From: an uncultured Clostridia bacterium | Lineage (GTDB): Bacteria; CAYTYR01; UBA6262 | DNA length: 64,000 nucleotides | Direction: 5' to 3' | NCBI GenBank assembly: GCA_964441745.1 | Contig: CAYTYR010000003.1 | Coordinates: 35,348-99,347 of the forward strand | Shown: piece after piece, positions 1 to 9,789 of the stretch | Position numbering within the stretch: position 1 is the stretch's first letter | Layout of the letters: every line of letters begins with the position of its first letter | The notes under the pieces: model-generated | The model's input: the letters and a program-made list of their open reading frames with translations, nothing else | The model's database searches: none | What the model was told of the DNA's origin: nothing | Program-made: the position numbers and the translations under genes

Positions 1-1269
1 TTTGGTATCAGTATCTTTATGATTGCGCAAGCTGATCTGCCAGGCAACTTCATAAACATTGTTAGATACCACTTTAAAATCTGTCTGTTTCCGTTCTCCG
101 ATCACGTCAAACGCTTCGCCCATTTTGATCTTGATGATCTCGTCTTTTGGCGTATGGTCAATGTTATCTTCGCCGATGAATTGCAGGTTGCCCCGGGGAT
201 CTGATTTATATACCCGGATAATGCCTTTGGGCAAAGGCATACCCAAGCGATTTTCTTTTTTGTTGTCAATATTGATATAGACGCCGACTTTTTGGTTGGA
301 AATTGGCTGGCCGTAGGAATTCCGGTAATAATACTCCGCCCCCCAGAAGATCAATTCTTTGCGGATCGGCACATTCGCTGCTTCCAGCAGGCTGATCTGC
401 TTAGTCTGGTTCTGTTTAATAGTGCTTTTCCGGTCCAGGGTATACAAATGGTACTCAAAAAAACTTTCTTCCTGGAAAGCGCTTTCCCTGGCCACTGCCC
501 CGGCCATACTCATGGCTTTATCATAACGCCTTTCCGGCTGCGCTACCCTGTTCACATCGCCGGCTACTAATTGGATACCCGCATCTTTATAGGTAGCCCC
601 GCTTTTGTTGTCAATAGTCACCCAGCCGCTCACATCCGCGGCATTATCATCCTTATTAAGTACAGTTACGTAATCAGCTTTCCAGTTTATGCCTCCGGTC
701 AGGTAAGTGACTTCCAGCTTCTGCGCCTTAAGCAGTTCATTTTCCAGCAGCCAGACCAGGGTCGGCTTGGCCATCAGGTTTTCCGGTATTTCCGGGTAGA
801 TTATCTGACCCGGAGAATAGGCGTAGATCTCATCACCGACTTGGAAAATTGGTCCATTATTTACGCTTAATAGTTTGGCATTATATACTTCCTCTTTTCC
901 GGTATACTGGTTCTTTTCCCTGATCCTGACCGTCTTGCCGACAAATTTTTCCATCAACTTTTCCGGACTGAGCAGGTCGTACTCATAATTTTGTTCCAAT
1001 ATATTCAGGCTCAAAGGATCAGTCAGAGACTTGATGTGTACCGTGGTAGGATTGATCTGGCTGGCCACATCCATGAACTTAAGTTCAGTGAGCCCTTTAG
1101 GCAGGCTGATGTTACGGGTATCTTTCACTAATCCCAGATTGGAATTATAAATAGTGATCGCCAGGCCTTCCTGATCACTGAGGGTGCTTTTAATTCCTTC
1201 CTCCTTGGCCCATAAAAAGCTTGGCGCCATCATTACCAGCAAAACAACAAGCCATACTTGCTTACGCAT
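1..1269 (-). CDS. secreted protein, 3' end cut by window edge (possibly DUF4139-like)
   Basis: rc ATG at 1267-1269 preceded by GGAGGAAG-like SD at 1271-1279; N-terminus MRKQVWLVVLLVMMAPSFLWA looks like a signal peptide; absent from ORF track, consistent with no in-frame stop before position 1; family assignment is from memory only. Confidence 0.5.
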   Translation of the reverse strand, partial: MRKQVWLVVLLVMMAPSFLWAKEEGIKSTLSDQEGLAITIYNSNLGLVKDTRNISLPKGLTELKFMDVASQINPTTVHIKSLTDPLSLNILEQNYEYDLLSPEKLMEKFVGKTVRIREKNQYTGKEEVYNAKLLSVNNGPIFQVGDEIYAYSPGQIIYPEIPENLMAKPTLVWLLENELLKAQKLEVTYLTGGINWKADYVTVLNKDDNAADVSGWVTIDNKSGATYKDAGIQLVAGDVNRVAQPERRYDKAMSMAGAVARESAFQEESFFEYHLYTLDRKSTIKQNQTKQISLLEAANVPIRKELIFWGAEYYYRNSYGQPISNQKVGVYINIDNKKENRLGMPLPKGIIRVYKSDPRGNLQFIGEDNIDHTPKDEIIKIKMGEAFDVIGERKQTDFKVVSNNVYEVAWQISLRNHKDTDTK

Positions 1270-1323
1270 ACTTCCTCCTTCGGTAAAAAACCTGAGATTA
1301 TCTAATAATAATTATAGTTCATT

Positions 1324-2061
1324 TTATTTAACTTGCAGCAAAAAGGGTACAGTCTTCATGGCTTTCTTTGTCCGATATTCCAGCCACAACTTATAAATCC
1401 CTTTTTTGGGAAAAGTTATTTTAAAATGAAGTTCTGGCCCATAAGCAGCCGCACCTTGTTCCTCAGATTGTTTTTGCAGATAAGTATCCTGATTAGCATT
1501 AATCGCTATCAGTTGCGCTCCCCGGCCAGCATAAGGCAGCAAAGTTTTTATTGGTCTGCCTGATTTTAATTCGGCAAAAATAAAAGTAAACATAATTTCT
1601 GTTTGTTCTTTTAATTCTTCCGGATTAGTGATAAAACAAATTACGGACCCGTCAGCAGTACGTTTTTCATTCTCCAGGCACATACTCACTGTCCCGAATT
1701 TATTGACCAGCTTGCCCACATCCAGCGGCACGATCTTGACGACCGGGACACTACCAGCAGGCTGGAAATAGAAATAGAGCAGATACCGGTCTTCCTCCGG
1801 GAAGATGATCTCTTGCTTAAAATCACCGGCCGCGTCCGCGACCGGGGCAAAATGATACATTATTTCCAGGTCCTTATCGACCATGACCAGATTCATCCTC
1901 TGTCCAGCTATTTCCTCCAGGTCCATCGCGCCGACATTGAAAACCAGCGGCACAGCCGTATTCAATACAGGCTTAGCCGGTTTTTCCTTAAAAGTTATTT
2001 CATAACCCCAGCTGGCATAGGCCAGACAAACTATAAATAATATACACCAGAAAGTTCTCAC
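1324..2061 (-). CDS. hypothetical secreted protein
   Basis: 245-aa ORF with hydrophobic N-terminus (MRTFWCILFIVCLAYASWG); no family recognised. Confidence 0.45.
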   Translation of the reverse strand: MRTFWCILFIVCLAYASWGYEITFKEKPAKPVLNTAVPLVFNVGAMDLEEIAGQRMNLVMVDKDLEIMYHFAPVADAAGDFKQEIIFPEEDRYLLYFYFQPAGSVPVVKIVPLDVGKLVNKFGTVSMCLENEKRTADGSVICFITNPEELKEQTEIMFTFIFAELKSGRPIKTLLPYAGRGAQLIAINANQDTYLQKQSEEQGAAAYGPELHFKITFPKKGIYKLWLEYRTKKAMKTVPFLLQVK

Positions 2062-2405
2062 GGTTTCTCCTTTAGCGGATACTGATGTTTAGTAACATAA
2101 GTGATCAATAAATCCATTTTAGTTTTCGGTAAGCTGGTGAACTTTAAACCAATGAAACAACCATGCTGATTACGGGTATAATGGGCTACTGAAGCATGGA
2201 CATCAGTGAGGATAATATCCTCACGCAGCATAATTTGCAGGAGCAATTTATCTACCTGGGGAAAAGGGAGAGCCGAATAAATTTTTGCCCCACCTTTGCT
2301 GATATCGACAATGACTCCTTCGCCAACCGGGGTAATTGACTCCAAGCCGAAAAATTTAACCGGAATAGCTGCCTGGTAACGTTGAATACGCGATTGTTCG
2401 GTCAT
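2058..2405 (-). CDS. PilZ domain protein (c-di-GMP binding)
   Basis: 115 aa; RxxxR-like segment followed by DISKGG motif (VIVDISKGGAKI), typical of PilZ; overlaps upstream gene by 4 nt. Confidence 0.65.
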   Translation of the reverse strand: MTEQSRIQRYQAAIPVKFFGLESITPVGEGVIVDISKGGAKIYSALPFPQVDKLLLQIMLREDIILTDVHASVAHYTRNQHGCFIGLKFTSLPKTKMDLLITYVTKHQYPLKEKP

Positions 2406-3160
2406 GGCTGATCCTTGGTTAAAGTCAACTCGACCAAAGCCTGAATGAATTTTACATAATTCTGGCCAACTTCCATAAAGAAGCCGGCTTTATTCCCTAC
2501 TCTTATTTTTCGCTGGCCCCAATCAACTATACCGCCAGACCAGTGCGGAGCCAAATCACTCATATAGCAGGCTGTATATCCTTTACCGAAACGGCCAGTC
2601 ACCAGGAGCGGGGATTCTTTCGCGGCCAGACTTATTTGCGGTAAATTAATTTTAAGGTTCCGTACGGCCAATAACATTTTACTACCCGGTTTGAGCACAA
2701 CCTTATTGTAGCCGCCAATTAAAGGCCCTTTTTTGAACTTTAAGTTTTTTACTTTTAAATCCCAGCCCCTTTTAGCCAGGATGATCCCCCCGGTACTGCA
2801 ATTGACCCGGTCATCATGCGCTAAACAACACACGGGCAAAGCTGCCGCTAATTTTGAACGATCATAATTACCGTCATAGCCATGGAAAGAACCCCAGCCG
2901 CCGATCATTAAAAATCCCGTACCCTTAGCTACGAGCCGTAGTATGCTTTTTTGCACTGTTGGGGAGATGCGGGCAGAGGGATAATCACTTAATATTACAA
3001 CATCATAGTGTTTATTAAACTGCCGATCCTTTAAAGACCGCTGGGAAGGGACATAGTCCAAGGTATATCCCAGGTGGGTGAGCACGCCATAAAGATAGCG
3101 TGCCGATTGCCTTAAATTGTCATCGCCGCAATAAAGGACGGAGATCTTATTTTTTTTCAT
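2402..3160 (-). CDS. class I glutamine amidotransferase-like (ThuA/DUF1355-like) protein
   Basis: 252 aa; general resemblance to GATase1-like fold proteins (DVVILSDYP, FLMIGGWGSF); family assignment weak. Confidence 0.4.
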   Translation of the reverse strand: MKKNKISVLYCGDDNLRQSARYLYGVLTHLGYTLDYVPSQRSLKDRQFNKHYDVVILSDYPSARISPTVQKSILRLVAKGTGFLMIGGWGSFHGYDGNYDRSKLAAALPVCCLAHDDRVNCSTGGIILAKRGWDLKVKNLKFKKGPLIGGYNKVVLKPGSKMLLAVRNLKINLPQISLAAKESPLLVTGRFGKGYTACYMSDLAPHWSGGIVDWGQRKIRVGNKAGFFMEVGQNYVKFIQALVELTLTKDQP

Positions 3161-3203
3161 TGGAGTTTTGGAAAAAGCATTTTATTAAGATTTTCACCTT
3201 AAC

Positions 3204-3233
3204 TTAAAACTCAACACTCAAAATTCAAAACTG
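3204..3233. repeat. REP-like intergenic palindromic element, copy 1 (AAAACTCAACAYTCAAAATTCAAAACTG)
   Basis: near-identical to 52666-52695; inverse-related to 55453-55475 and 52563-52578. Confidence 0.5.
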
Positions 3234-3241
3234 CATCTATG

Positions 3242-3628
3242 TTAGCCAATCAGTTTCTTAATTTGTTCCAGCAGGTCTTTGGATTCAAATGGTTTCTTGA
3301 TACAACTGGCCGCCCCCAGCTCCAGCGCCCGGTCACCCAGTTCCATCACGTGGCGGCTGGAAGCGGTAAAGAGAATGATCGGGATGTCTTTCAAAGCCGG
3401 GTCATTTTTAACCGCCTTGCACACCTGATAACCGTCTAGTTTTGGCATTTTCACATCCAGGAGGATCAGATCCGGATGCTCACTCCTGGTTTTAATTAAA
3501 GCCTCTTCCCCATCTCCGGCCAATATTACATTATACCCCAGGCTGATAATCCGCAGTCTGGTTAATTCGGCAATATCTTTTTCATCATCAACCAATAATA
3601 TCGTCTTGGCTTTTTTTTCTTCTATCAT
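3242..3628 (-). CDS. response regulator, stand-alone receiver (CheY-like) domain
   Basis: 128 aa; LLVDDE acidic pocket, phospho-acceptor D in LILLDVKMP, conserved T and K (FTAS, KKPF). Confidence 0.85.
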   Translation of the reverse strand: MIEEKKAKTILLVDDEKDIAELTRLRIISLGYNVILAGDGEEALIKTRSEHPDLILLDVKMPKLDGYQVCKAVKNDPALKDIPIILFTASSRHVMELGDRALELGAASCIKKPFESKDLLEQIKKLIG

Positions 3629-3639
3629 TTATTATCTCC

Positions 3640-6177
3640 TTAGCGGTCAAGCGCTCTTTCCCTGGCCAGAGCTATTAACTTTTCGTCGCTCTCACCATCA
3701 TCAGGGAAGAACACTTCCCCGGCGGCCAACTCTACATTTACTTCTTCTTTATCATAAAAATGCGTCTGGCCAGGTGTTAATTTGTGTAATTTCTCCGCAA
3801 ACTGCTTATAACCATTACCGTTATCTTTAACCATCACGATCACTGACCCATTATCCAGTTTGATCAGGCGGTCATCCCGCTGGATCTTCTCCTGCAATGA
3901 TTGGACAATGTCATCAGTTAATATCTTGCCCCAGGTCTGTCCATAACGGGTTATTATATGCTGGTAATTTTTGATCAAGACCAGCGAGATCACAAATTTT
4001 TCCTGGCGTTGTTTATATTCATCGGCAAACTGCCTGAAAATGTCCTTATATACTATATTTGGTTCAAAAACAGGCATAGTAAAGGAAAACATACTGCCCT
4101 TATTCAGATCGCTGGCTACGGTGATCTTGCCGCTATGCGCTTCCACGATTTGCCGGCAGATGGATAATCCCAATCCGGTTCCCTTAACCCCAGGCTTTAC
4201 TTCCCGGTCAACCTGCTCAAACTTTTCAAAGATCCGCTGCAAAGACTCCCGGGGGATACCTTTGCCGGTATCTTCGATGGCAAACTCGACCATTGAAGCA
4301 GTGGTACTGCGTTTGGCTTTAATGATAATCCTGCCGCCGCTATCAGTGAATTTGATACTGTTGCCAACCAGGTTAGTCAGTACTTGCAGCAACCGCGTTT
4401 CATCAGCATAGATAGTGGGGAGTCCTTCTTCTATGGAATATTCCAGAGCCAGCTTCTTGAGTTCTACCAGTGGCATCATCGTCGGGATAAAACCTTCGAT
4501 CAGCCGCTGGACCGGCTGTTCCCGTTTCACCATTTTCATTCTACCAGATTCCAGCTTGGCCAGATCCAGGATATCCTGGATCAAGGTTTCCAACCGTCCA
4601 ATATTTTTCTTGGCAATATTTAACACCCGCTCCTGCTCTGGTGAAATACTACCCGGCAAAACCCGGTCCATGATGAGGGAAACGCCCTCCTTGATCGCCG
4701 TCAGTGGCGTACGCAGTTCATGGCTGACGGTGGATACAAATTCATCTTTCATAATATCCAACCGCTCCAGCTTTTCATAAGCCTGACTTAACTCTTTATT
4801 CTTCTTATCCAGGTAGAGACGGACTTTCTCTAAATCCTGATTGCGTTCCTCTAATTCGCTTGTTCTCTCCCGCACTTTCCCTTCCAGTTTATTATAGAAA
4901 TTTTTCACATTGTCAGCCATCAGGTTGAATTGTTCCGCCAGATCCTGTAATTCATTGCCCGTATGAACCTGGATCCGATGCTCCAGGTTTCCCTGGCCAA
5001 TAATTTCCGAACCCCGGTGAAGCTCATAGACTGGCTTGAGAAAATCCCGGGCCAGGGAAACAGCAAAAAAAGGAATAAAAACGACAATAGCAATAATAAC
5101 AATGAGGAATCTGGTTTTAACTTCCTGCAATCCTTCTAAGACCGTGGTTTCCGGAATACTGACCAGGATGATCCAGCGATTAAATAGCAGGTTGGGGTCA
5201 ATTCCTATTTGCACTCCCCCGACATATCCATATTCTCTGGAGAAGGGGATCAAGCCGGAAGTAGCGAAAGGCGCTTCCTTCTGTTCTTCTTTCTTTTGCT
5301 CTTCATTTTCCTGGTTAAACGGATTACCACGTTTGACCTTTTGATAAACCTCATTGTCAGATAATCGTTCCTTCAGGAAGCGGGTAAAATGCATGCCATT
5401 GTCATATAACAACAGGCCACCTTCATCCAGGATAGTGACAAAAATATAACGCTTTTCGGCAATACTGCGCATGATCGTATAATGGGTGATCTCGCCAACC
5501 TTGCGCAAATCAATGATCCCGAAGATCACGCCGATCAATTTCTTGGTTTTCAGGTTCCTGACTGCCCGGCTGATCACTAATTCCGGCTGTTTATCCACTG
5601 CCCCGATGCCAGGCGCGGAAAAATAGATCCGGTCGTTATCCAGGGCCCCGACAAAATAATCCTGCGCGGAAAAATCCTGGCCTTGCCACAGGGCGGAGGT
5701 CAAAGCCAGCGGCTTGCCATTGGGAGCAATTAAGCCCAGCAGTTTATAGGACGATTCTTTTTGTTGGAATTCTTTCAGGTTGTTAATGACATCTTGCGTA
5801 ATATTATCAGCCCCGGCCGAAACCGGCTGGAAGACAGAATACATGTTGGAAAGATATTCTAATTCATTGATCCTTTTATTAAAAAAAGAACTGATATTAT
5901 TGCTCAGCGTATAAGAAGCGTTGGTCAAATAACCTTTGGCTTCCTTGACCAGCACATATTTGCTTAAATTATAGCCATAGACCGCGATCAAGATCGACGG
6001 GGCCAGGGAAGTGCTGAGGAAGAGAATTACAAAAACCGGGGTAAGCTTGATCTTGAATTTTTCCCAGAGGTGATATTTAGCCAGGAAATAATAAGGCAGT
6101 ATAAAGACCACGATCCCAAAAAAAAGAAACGAATAAGGTTCTATTAATCTAATAAAGTTTATTACCTGTGTCCTCAT
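3640..6177 (-). CDS. sensor histidine kinase (TM - Cache-like periplasmic domain - TM - HAMP - HisKA - HATPase_c) with extra C-terminal domain
   Basis: 845 aa; two hydrophobic segments, H-box STVSHELRTPLTAI, G-boxes DTGKGIP and GTGLGLSI; about 150 aa C-terminal extension of unknown type. Confidence 0.85.
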   Translation of the reverse strand: MRTQVINFIRLIEPYSFLFFGIVVFILPYYFLAKYHLWEKFKIKLTPVFVILFLSTSLAPSILIAVYGYNLSKYVLVKEAKGYLTNASYTLSNNISSFFNKRINELEYLSNMYSVFQPVSAGADNITQDVINNLKEFQQKESSYKLLGLIAPNGKPLALTSALWQGQDFSAQDYFVGALDNDRIYFSAPGIGAVDKQPELVISRAVRNLKTKKLIGVIFGIIDLRKVGEITHYTIMRSIAEKRYIFVTILDEGGLLLYDNGMHFTRFLKERLSDNEVYQKVKRGNPFNQENEEQKKEEQKEAPFATSGLIPFSREYGYVGGVQIGIDPNLLFNRWIILVSIPETTVLEGLQEVKTRFLIVIIAIVVFIPFFAVSLARDFLKPVYELHRGSEIIGQGNLEHRIQVHTGNELQDLAEQFNLMADNVKNFYNKLEGKVRERTSELEERNQDLEKVRLYLDKKNKELSQAYEKLERLDIMKDEFVSTVSHELRTPLTAIKEGVSLIMDRVLPGSISPEQERVLNIAKKNIGRLETLIQDILDLAKLESGRMKMVKREQPVQRLIEGFIPTMMPLVELKKLALEYSIEEGLPTIYADETRLLQVLTNLVGNSIKFTDSGGRIIIKAKRSTTASMVEFAIEDTGKGIPRESLQRIFEKFEQVDREVKPGVKGTGLGLSICRQIVEAHSGKITVASDLNKGSMFSFTMPVFEPNIVYKDIFRQFADEYKQRQEKFVISLVLIKNYQHIITRYGQTWGKILTDDIVQSLQEKIQRDDRLIKLDNGSVIVMVKDNGNGYKQFAEKLHKLTPGQTHFYDKEEVNVELAAGEVFFPDDGESDEKLIALARERALDR

Positions 6178-6192
6178 ATTTTATGATCTCAT

Positions 6193-6612
6193 TTATGCCG
6201 GGGTACTCTTATCCGGATTACTTTTGCCGTCATTCATATGTACGCGTCCATACAAAAAAGTGCTGATCGCTGTTGTTTTAAGCGGTTCCAGATTTAAAAA
6301 CTGCACCCCAGTGTTGAAAAAACCTTCTTTTTCACTGGGGACAACCCAGACCACCCGGACTTCAGAAGTGATCCTGGTCCGGTGCAGGCCGGGCAGGCTG
6401 AAAATAAAAATTGCTTTGCTGGCCATTTTCACCCGTTTGGGCAGCAGCACCATCATGCCCCGCTCTGAAAGATTAACTGCCTTGGTCAGTGTGCTATAGG
6501 CGCTGCCATCTTCCAGTGAAGCATTGATCACCTGGACTCCTTCTTCAAATTTTATACGCGTGCTTTGCCGGCGTTCCGGTTGTTTGAAATCGATCATGCT
6601 CTTCCCCTCCAT
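6193..6612 (-). CDS. PilZ domain protein
   Basis: 139 aa; RRQSTR followed by NLSERG (RxxxR and D/NxSxxG pattern). Confidence 0.55.
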   Translation of the reverse strand: MEGKSMIDFKQPERRQSTRIKFEEGVQVINASLEDGSAYSTLTKAVNLSERGMMVLLPKRVKMASKAIFIFSLPGLHRTRITSEVRVVWVVPSEKEGFFNTGVQFLNLEPLKTTAISTFLYGRVHMNDGKSNPDKSTPA

Positions 6613-6728
6613 ATTTTTACAAATACAGTTTGCTAGTTACCAGTTGCCAGCCAATACGAAAAACAGTTATGAGGTGTAAGTTTTGGAAGTAAGTTTGGTC
6701 TGAGGTCTATGGGTGTTAGGCTTTAAAC

Positions 6729-6792
6729 CACTAACTTTAGACTTACTTCCATACCTGCTTCTACAACTTTCACCCGATTACTATCGCTCGCT
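6729..6792. repeat. interspersed intergenic repeat of about 64 bp, copy A
   Basis: CCACTAACTTTAGACTTACTTCCATACCTGCTTCTACAACTTTCAC... closely matches 13324-13387 (by eye about 50 of 64 identical); also pairs with GGAAGTAAGT at 6686-6695 to form a hairpin. Confidence 0.55.
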
Positions 6793-6824
6793 AATTTTGC
6801 TGCTTTCCGGTTTTACTGGCTAAC

Positions 6825-8690
6825 TTATTTCACTGGTATACTAAAAGTAAATTTGGTACCTTTTCCCGTATCGCTATCAATAGCGATCGTACCGCCATGC
6901 ATTTCCACTAATTCTTTACAAATGAATAATCCTAAACCGCTGCCACCCCGGCCGGCGCTGAATTGCTGGAACCGGCCAAAGACTTTGCCTAAATTCTCCT
7001 TGGCTATACCTACACCGGTATCCTGGATAGTCACATAAATCTTGTTCTCCTCCGGCTGACTGTAGGTAGCCAAGGTAATCTGCCCTTCATCCGGGGTAAA
7101 TTTAATAGCATTACTGATGAGATTCATAATGATCTGGATGAATTTGTCATGGTCTACTTGCGTCTGGGGAATATTCCCAGGGATGGCTTTTAATTCCAGC
7201 TTTTTATTTTTAGCCCAGAGCTGGCTGGAATCAACAACTTTGAGCATTAATTCGTTAAGATCAGCCGGGGCTAACTTCAATTCCATCTTCCCGGATTCGA
7301 TCTTAGAAATGTCCAGCAAATCATTGATCAGTCTTTCCAGCCGGCTAATGCCTTCGCAAGCGTCTTTGAGAAAATCATCCTGATCGTGATTGAGCTCTCC
7401 GGCAATCTTATCCTTGACCATCAACACAGCTCCTTTGATCAAGGTTAAAGGAGAACGTAATTCATGCGAAACATGAGCTACGAATTTATCTTTCAACTGG
7501 TCTATTTCTTTTTGCTTGGTCACATCACTCAATACCGACACCGTACCAACGGTCATACCGCTGGTGTCTTCAATGATAGCGCTGGAGGCGCGCAGGATTT
7601 TCCTGGTATTTTCCTGCCCGTGCACCACTATTTCCTCTACTTTGTCTCCCTGGTCACCGGTACTGATCTCTTTACTGAACGAGGCTATTTGGTGTTCACT
7701 AATATTCTCGGAGATATGCTTACCGGCCACCTTGTCTTTGGGCTTACCCAGCAATTTCTCAGCAGCTTCATTAATAAAGAGCACCTTCCCCTCTTTGTCC
7801 ACTACGACTAGTCCATCGGATATACTACGCAGGATTCGCTCGGTTTTTTCCTTTTCCCGGACCAGTTTCTTTTTATCTTGGACTAACTCATTAACCGCTT
7901 CATGTACTTTTTGCTGCATCGTCTCGTCAAATTGCTTGGCTTTGGCTACCAGTTCTTTATATTCATCATAAGCGATCCTTTTCATCCGCCCGGCTTTTTT
8001 GACCACTGGTTCCATAGCACCGCCAAGTCCAGGTCCTAATCCCGGACCGAGACCAGGACCTAATCCAGGGCTTAACCCAGATCCAAAACCTGTTCCTGTC
8101 CCTATACCAGTTCCACTTTCCGAACCTGTACCGCTCCATGCGTCTATTCCAGCGCCGATGATAGCAGGCCTGTTCCGCCTCTTTGGTTTATCGCCAGCCG
8201 GGGTAGTAGTGACCCTCTCACCTTTTTTCACTTGGACAAAAGTACTTTGATTAACAATAATATGGGAGATATTCTTGTTTTTAAGTAATTGGTTTAGGCC
8301 GCCGTCCTTTACTGTTTTTTGCGGATCGCTCATGAACACTACAAATTCCTGCAATTCTGATTCAGGAACATTAGCCTCAATGGTCAAGCTTTCTACCATC
8401 AGGTGCTTCAAGGTCCCTTCCAGCAAGGCTGCGACTGGACCAGACTGTTCGGTCAGGTTGATATTTTCAATGATAATTTTCCCTTCGACGAAACCAATAG
8501 TAATTTCTTTGCGGCTGGTAAACAATTCTTGCAGTATGCCTTGCAGTTGCTTGAAGGAATCTTTGACAAAAGGATGATCAATAAAATACAGGCTGGTTTT
8601 GCGGATAGTAGAACCTAAAACCTTAGCGAGAGAGAGAAACCTGGCCAGGTCTTGCTCGCTGACTTGCGGCGTTTTATTTTCTTCAGCCAT
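6825..8690 (-). CDS. cytoplasmic sensor histidine kinase with PAS domain and Gly/Pro-rich linker
   Basis: 621 aa; H-box AHVSHELRSPLTLI, HATPase_c G-boxes (DTGVGI, GSGLGLFICK); PGLG repeats in linker; no clear TM segment. Confidence 0.85.
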   Translation of the reverse strand: MAEENKTPQVSEQDLARFLSLAKVLGSTIRKTSLYFIDHPFVKDSFKQLQGILQELFTSRKEITIGFVEGKIIIENINLTEQSGPVAALLEGTLKHLMVESLTIEANVPESELQEFVVFMSDPQKTVKDGGLNQLLKNKNISHIIVNQSTFVQVKKGERVTTTPAGDKPKRRNRPAIIGAGIDAWSGTGSESGTGIGTGTGFGSGLSPGLGPGLGPGLGPGLGGAMEPVVKKAGRMKRIAYDEYKELVAKAKQFDETMQQKVHEAVNELVQDKKKLVREKEKTERILRSISDGLVVVDKEGKVLFINEAAEKLLGKPKDKVAGKHISENISEHQIASFSKEISTGDQGDKVEEIVVHGQENTRKILRASSAIIEDTSGMTVGTVSVLSDVTKQKEIDQLKDKFVAHVSHELRSPLTLIKGAVLMVKDKIAGELNHDQDDFLKDACEGISRLERLINDLLDISKIESGKMELKLAPADLNELMLKVVDSSQLWAKNKKLELKAIPGNIPQTQVDHDKFIQIIMNLISNAIKFTPDEGQITLATYSQPEENKIYVTIQDTGVGIAKENLGKVFGRFQQFSAGRGGSGLGLFICKELVEMHGGTIAIDSDTGKGTKFTFSIPVK

Positions 8691-8723
8691 TAAGCACCTT
8701 CCTCACTTTTAACAATCCTATGC

Positions 8724-8760
8724 GTAATCGGTGTAATCTCTTTTAGAAATCTGGGTAATT
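8724..8760. promoter_or_regulatory. GTAATC direct-repeat element (same family as the Pho-region boxes) upstream of histidine kinase 6825-8690
   Basis: GCGTAATCGGTGTAATCTCTTTTAGAAATCTGGGTAATT closely matches 43830-43866 and 53515-53545. Confidence 0.35.
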
Positions 8761-8770
8761 ATCTTATATC

Positions 8771-9742
8771 TTAACCAAATCGCGCCCTGTTTTCAAGCAA
8801 AATCTCTGTCATTTCTTTGTATGTCGAACAGAGGTAAAGCTGATTGCGCAAATTTTTGGCTCCCGGGAAATCATGGACATACCATCCCAGGTGCTTGCGC
8901 ATTTCAATAATACCATGATCTCCTTTTTCTTCTTGCATTAATTGGGCTTGCTTTAAGATAGTCGGCACAATTTCACTGAACAGGGGTTTAGTATATTTCC
9001 CCTGTGCCAGAAACTCCCTGGCCTGAGTAAAGAGATATGGTTTCCCGAGCACGCCCCGGGCCAATCCCACCCCGTCACAGCAGGTTTGGGACAGGATCTC
9101 CTGAACTTGTTCAGGGGTATTTATATTGCCATTGGCCAGGACAATACCCTTAAACATTTTTTTAGCTTCCCTGATCAACTCTATATTTATCGCTCCGGAA
9201 AATTTTTGGGAAAAAGAACGGCCATGCACCATCAAGGCTTGCAACGGTATATTTTTTATGGCGTCCAGGAAAGCCAATACCGTCACCTCACCTACCTGAG
9301 TCCTGGTCTTAATAGATACAGGCAGGGTGGTATTTTCCCGGACCGCTGACAAGACTTCTCTGGCCAGCGTCAGGTTTTTCATTAAGTAACTGCCCGCCCC
9401 GGTTTTGATCACATCCTTGACCGGACAGCCAAAATTAATATCCAGGCCGGCTGGTTTCACCTGTTCAGTGATATATCTGGCAGCATAGGCAAAATGTTCC
9501 GGGTTCGCGCCGAAGACCTGGATGATGAGAGGTTGTTCCTGGGAGGTAAATTTAAATAATCGCTGGGTCTTGGGAGAATGATGGAACAAGCCAGTGACTG
9601 AAATCATTTCACTATAAACAACATCCGCACCCGCGGCCCGGCAAATCTGGCGGAATGAACTGTCAGTCACGCCAGCCATGGGGGCCAGGGCTAAGATCGG
9701 CTGCGGCAGATTATCCCAAGCAAATTCATTGATTTTTGTCAT
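8771..9742 (-). CDS. dus: tRNA-dihydrouridine synthase
   Basis: Dus family signature LAPMAGVTD and FMN-binding TIM-barrel segments; ORF track start at 9775 is a TTG, internal ATG at 9742 (MTKINEF) is more plausible. Confidence 0.85.
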   Translation of the reverse strand: MTKINEFAWDNLPQPILALAPMAGVTDSSFRQICRAAGADVVYSEMISVTGLFHHSPKTQRLFKFTSQEQPLIIQVFGANPEHFAYAARYITEQVKPAGLDINFGCPVKDVIKTGAGSYLMKNLTLAREVLSAVRENTTLPVSIKTRTQVGEVTVLAFLDAIKNIPLQALMVHGRSFSQKFSGAINIELIREAKKMFKGIVLANGNINTPEQVQEILSQTCCDGVGLARGVLGKPYLFTQAREFLAQGKYTKPLFSEIVPTILKQAQLMQEEKGDHGIIEMRKHLGWYVHDFPGAKNLRNQLYLCSTYKEMTEILLENRARFG

Positions 9743-9789
9743 AATTGTATTATATAATACCACAAAGTTCACCAAGGAGCAAACCGAAT

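Noticed and set aside
7464-8250. Plus-strand ORFs (115, 151 and 83 aa) inside the 6825-8690 region
   Set aside because: They are antisense to a well-supported histidine kinase gene, have low-complexity Ser/Pro-rich translations and no SD; treated as shadow ORFs.
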